From positions 768,001 to 832,000 of the forward strand of contig JAHPZA010000006.1 in assembly GCA_019058445.1 (NCBI GenBank): DNA of 64,000 nt, given 5' to 3'. The stretch comes from Promethearchaeota archaeon (GTDB taxonomy: Archaea > Asgardarchaeota > Lokiarchaeia > Sigyniarchaeales > SOKP01). Of this stretch, positions 61,786-64,000 are shown piece by piece (position 1 is the first letter of the stretch; each line of letters opens with the position of its first letter). The notes beneath the pieces are model-generated. The model was not told the origin of the DNA, did not search any database, and saw nothing but the letters and a program-made list of their open reading frames with translations. A program made the translations under genes and the position numbers.

Positions 61786-62910
61786 CTATATTCGATTTAT
61801 AATTTCATCAAAGAACTGATTAAGTAAATTTGCATCTAATGCCTCAGGGGCAAAAGCTCCTTTTCGTTTCACTCTATCCAGGACAATTGCTTCAGATACT
61901 ACTGCGATTGGAACTGCGGTTGATCTTGTCATATCTGCTTGCTCAGAGACTGCATCAGAGCGCAAATTTTCAATCTCAGTTTCTTGCTTTCCATTTCGAA
62001 TACCAATTACTTTAACCTGTATTCCACCTGGGAATTTTAAGCTCTCCAAATCATAAAAAGAAAAGGCTTTGGGAGATTCAAGGTATGCAGTAAGGAAAGT
62101 TAGCGGAGAAACTTTTTGACCCGCAATTTTAATCCGCTTGTCTGAATCAAGTCCTATATCCACAGCCTTTTGAATCAGTTGCACTAGCCCGAAAGGGACG
62201 ACATTTCCTTTACAAGATACAGTGCGGATGCCTGGAATATATCGTGGGATCGTAATTGGTTCACTGTGTCCAGAGTGAAAAACTGTGATAGTCCAATCTC
62301 CAAAGTGAATTTCTTCTGCCCCATCCAAAAATCCTATGACATTAACATAGCGACCGTCAATATAAGTTGGAATCTCTCCAAATTCTTCTCTGATAAAATC
62401 TAGCAAGGTTCCTGTTGACTCCTCTTCACGGTTAACTTCCGCACCTCCAGTAGCCCATACAACATGTGCTTCAAGAACTTCATCGAATCGAGATGCCAAA
62501 ATTTTGACCAACATATTTGTAAGTCCTGGAGATGTTCCTAAACCTGTTAATAATGTACGACTTGAATTTTTCCATTTCTCATCTTGTTCAAGTAAGGCTT
62601 TGGTAATTGCAATATCTGCACATGCATCAGTATAATGAATTCCCGCTTCGAGAGCCGCATCTGCTACTGCAGTGCCATGACGGTAATATGGAGCCACAAT
62701 ATTGACTATAAGATCAAGATCTTTAAGTTCATTAACTAAAGCAGGTTTATCATGAACATCTACAATTACTTCTTCAACATTTTTAATTTTTCCCGAAGTC
62801 TTTAAATCAAGCGCCACAACTCGTTCGACTTTGCCACCTTCAATGAGAGCTTTGCAAACACCTTTACCAATGAGTCCTTGAGCTCCAGCAACACCAATGG
62901 AAACTGTCAT
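61786..62910 (-). CDS. Saccharopine dehydrogenase-like NAD(P)-dependent oxidoreductase
   Basis: GAQGLIG, APYYRHG, AGIHYTD, GLGTSPGLTN, HSEPITIP, GAFAPE. Confidence 0.85.
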   Translation of the reverse strand: MTVSIGVAGAQGLIGKGVCKALIEGGKVERVVALDLKTSGKIKNVEEVIVDVHDKPALVNELKDLDLIVNIVAPYYRHGTAVADAALEAGIHYTDACADIAITKALLEQDEKWKNSSRTLLTGLGTSPGLTNMLVKILASRFDEVLEAHVVWATGGAEVNREEESTGTLLDFIREEFGEIPTYIDGRYVNVIGFLDGAEEIHFGDWTITVFHSGHSEPITIPRYIPGIRTVSCKGNVVPFGLVQLIQKAVDIGLDSDKRIKIAGQKVSPLTFLTAYLESPKAFSFYDLESLKFPGGIQVKVIGIRNGKQETEIENLRSDAVSEQADMTRSTAVPIAVVSEAIVLDRVKRKGAFAPEALDANLLNQFFDEIINRI

Positions 62911-63093
62911 TAAATGAACTCCTCATATTTAATTTTTTAACTATAGTTTGTTTAAAAAAATTAGAATGTTTGAAAATATAAATATTATGAGAAATTAGAA
63001 TGGTTTGTAATAATTTCAACTATTTGTCGAGAAGGTTTTATATCTCCTTTAAGGTAATTAAGATAAGTAAAAGTAATAGTTTTCAATAAATCA

Positions 63094-63894
63094 TTATCTT
63101 CCTGTAAATCTAGGTTCTCGTTTTTTCATGAAAGACTTCATCCCCTCTCCAAAATCCTTTGTACGTATGTTTTTACAATATAATTTGAATTCATGGTGTA
63201 AGGAAGGGATCATTTCATTAAACTGTGAGAAATTTAACATAGCTTTATTGTATCCAAGACATCTCGTAGGTAATTCAGCAATTTTTTCAAGATACTCTCT
63301 CGATTTCGCTTTAAATTCTGGCGCTGGATATACCTTAGTAATTAATCCAATATCCAAAGCTTCCTCTGCATCAAGATGTCTTCCCGTCATTATTATTTCT
63401 GTTGCTCTCCCAAACCCCACTATTCGAGGTAATAACCAACTTGCTCCGCATAATATGCATATAGCTCGTGATGCGCGATGATCTCCTATTCTTAAATCAT
63501 CGGCAGCTAAGCGAAAATCACAAGCTAAAGCTAATTCAAATCCTGCACCGAGGCAAAAACCATGGAGCAATGCGACCACTGGTTTTTGAATTTCTCGAAT
63601 AAGATAAAGCATTCTTTGATGGGGCATTTCTGAACCATCCTCTAGTGGTTTAAATTTTACGCCTTCTGGCCCCATACTCTTTAAATCATCTCCCGAGCAG
63701 AATGATTTACCATTACCTTCAATCGCTAGCACTCTTAAAGCTTTATTTCTCATATTTGCCTCAAGAACATCAACAACTTCCATGATTAAAGGGTATTGCA
63801 ACGCATTAAGATGATTTGGTCGGTTAAGAGTTATAGTACCAATCCCATTCTCAAATCTATATATAATATATTTATAATTTTTTTCTAAAGTAAT
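63094..63894 (-). CDS. Enoyl-CoA hydratase/isomerase (crotonase) family protein
   Basis: FCSGDDL, GAGFELALACDFR, LPRIVG, DFGEG..SF..KREPRFTGR. The conserved N-terminus (YKYIIYRFENGIGTITLNRPNHLNAL) lies upstream of the ORF-track start, implying an ATT start at 63894. Confidence 0.88.
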   Translation of the reverse strand: MTLEKNYKYIIYRFENGIGTITLNRPNHLNALQYPLIMEVVDVLEANMRNKALRVLAIEGNGKSFCSGDDLKSMGPEGVKFKPLEDGSEMPHQRMLYLIREIQKPVVALLHGFCLGAGFELALACDFRLAADDLRIGDHRASRAICILCGASWLLPRIVGFGRATEIIMTGRHLDAEEALDIGLITKVYPAPEFKAKSREYLEKIAELPTRCLGYNKAMLNFSQFNEMIPSLHHEFKLYCKNIRTKDFGEGMKSFMKKREPRFTGR

Positions 63895-64000
63895 ATAAAT
63901 CCCCTTTTGTTGAATAATTCTTATGATATATGGCTAATTGGGTATTATGTATGAATTACTAATAAATCTTCACAAACAAATGCTTTTTTTCGGGTATATA

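Noticed and set aside
1948-63481. Many short antisense or overlapping ORFs in the track (e.g. 14950..15366, 19061..19423, 37080..37403, 45635..45973, 51597..52055, 53556..53879, 63128..63481)
   Set aside because: They are shadows of well-supported genes on the opposite strand or frame. The mutual similarity of 19061/37080/45635/53556 only mirrors the conserved FAD-domain codons.
1-64000. Selenocysteine/pyrrolysine read-through, CRISPR arrays, tRNA/rRNA genes, IS elements, canonical eukaryotic signature proteins
   Set aside because: Stops I checked fall at natural protein ends. I saw no repeat-spacer arrays, GC-rich RNA genes, transposases, or actin/ESCRT/small-GTPase/ubiquitin genes by eye.

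Overview
AT-rich, gene-dense archaeal DNA. The protein families, GGTGA/AAGGGG-type ribosome-binding sites and TATA-like promoters suggest an Asgard archaeon (Lokiarchaeia/Promethearchaeota); this is inference, not a database result. I saw no rRNA, tRNA, CRISPR array or transposase. The window is dominated by heterotrophic, CoA-based catabolism: 4 close paralogues of a VAO/GlcD-type FAD oxidoreductase, 1 CCG-domain Fe-S protein, 4 CaiC-like acyl-CoA ligases, 2 SCP2-type thiolases, 3 crotonases, an atypical OYE flavoenzyme, a ferredoxin-nitroreductase, SDR, GH116, GH57, an orphan glycyl radical enzyme, 3 MFS transporters and 2 orphan histidine kinases. The most interesting items are three. (1) An ~18-20 kb co-oriented cluster (36188-55983) contains an AbrB/SpoVT-like DNA-binding domain fused to an apparently degenerate acyl-CoA ligase, a candidate new one-component regulator with repeats around its own promoter. 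(2) Several variable FAD subunits may share one Fe-S partner. (3) There are repeated signs of non-canonical start codons (ATT, ATA, CTG) placed directly behind Shine-Dalgarno motifs. Gene remnants absent from the ORF track were also found.
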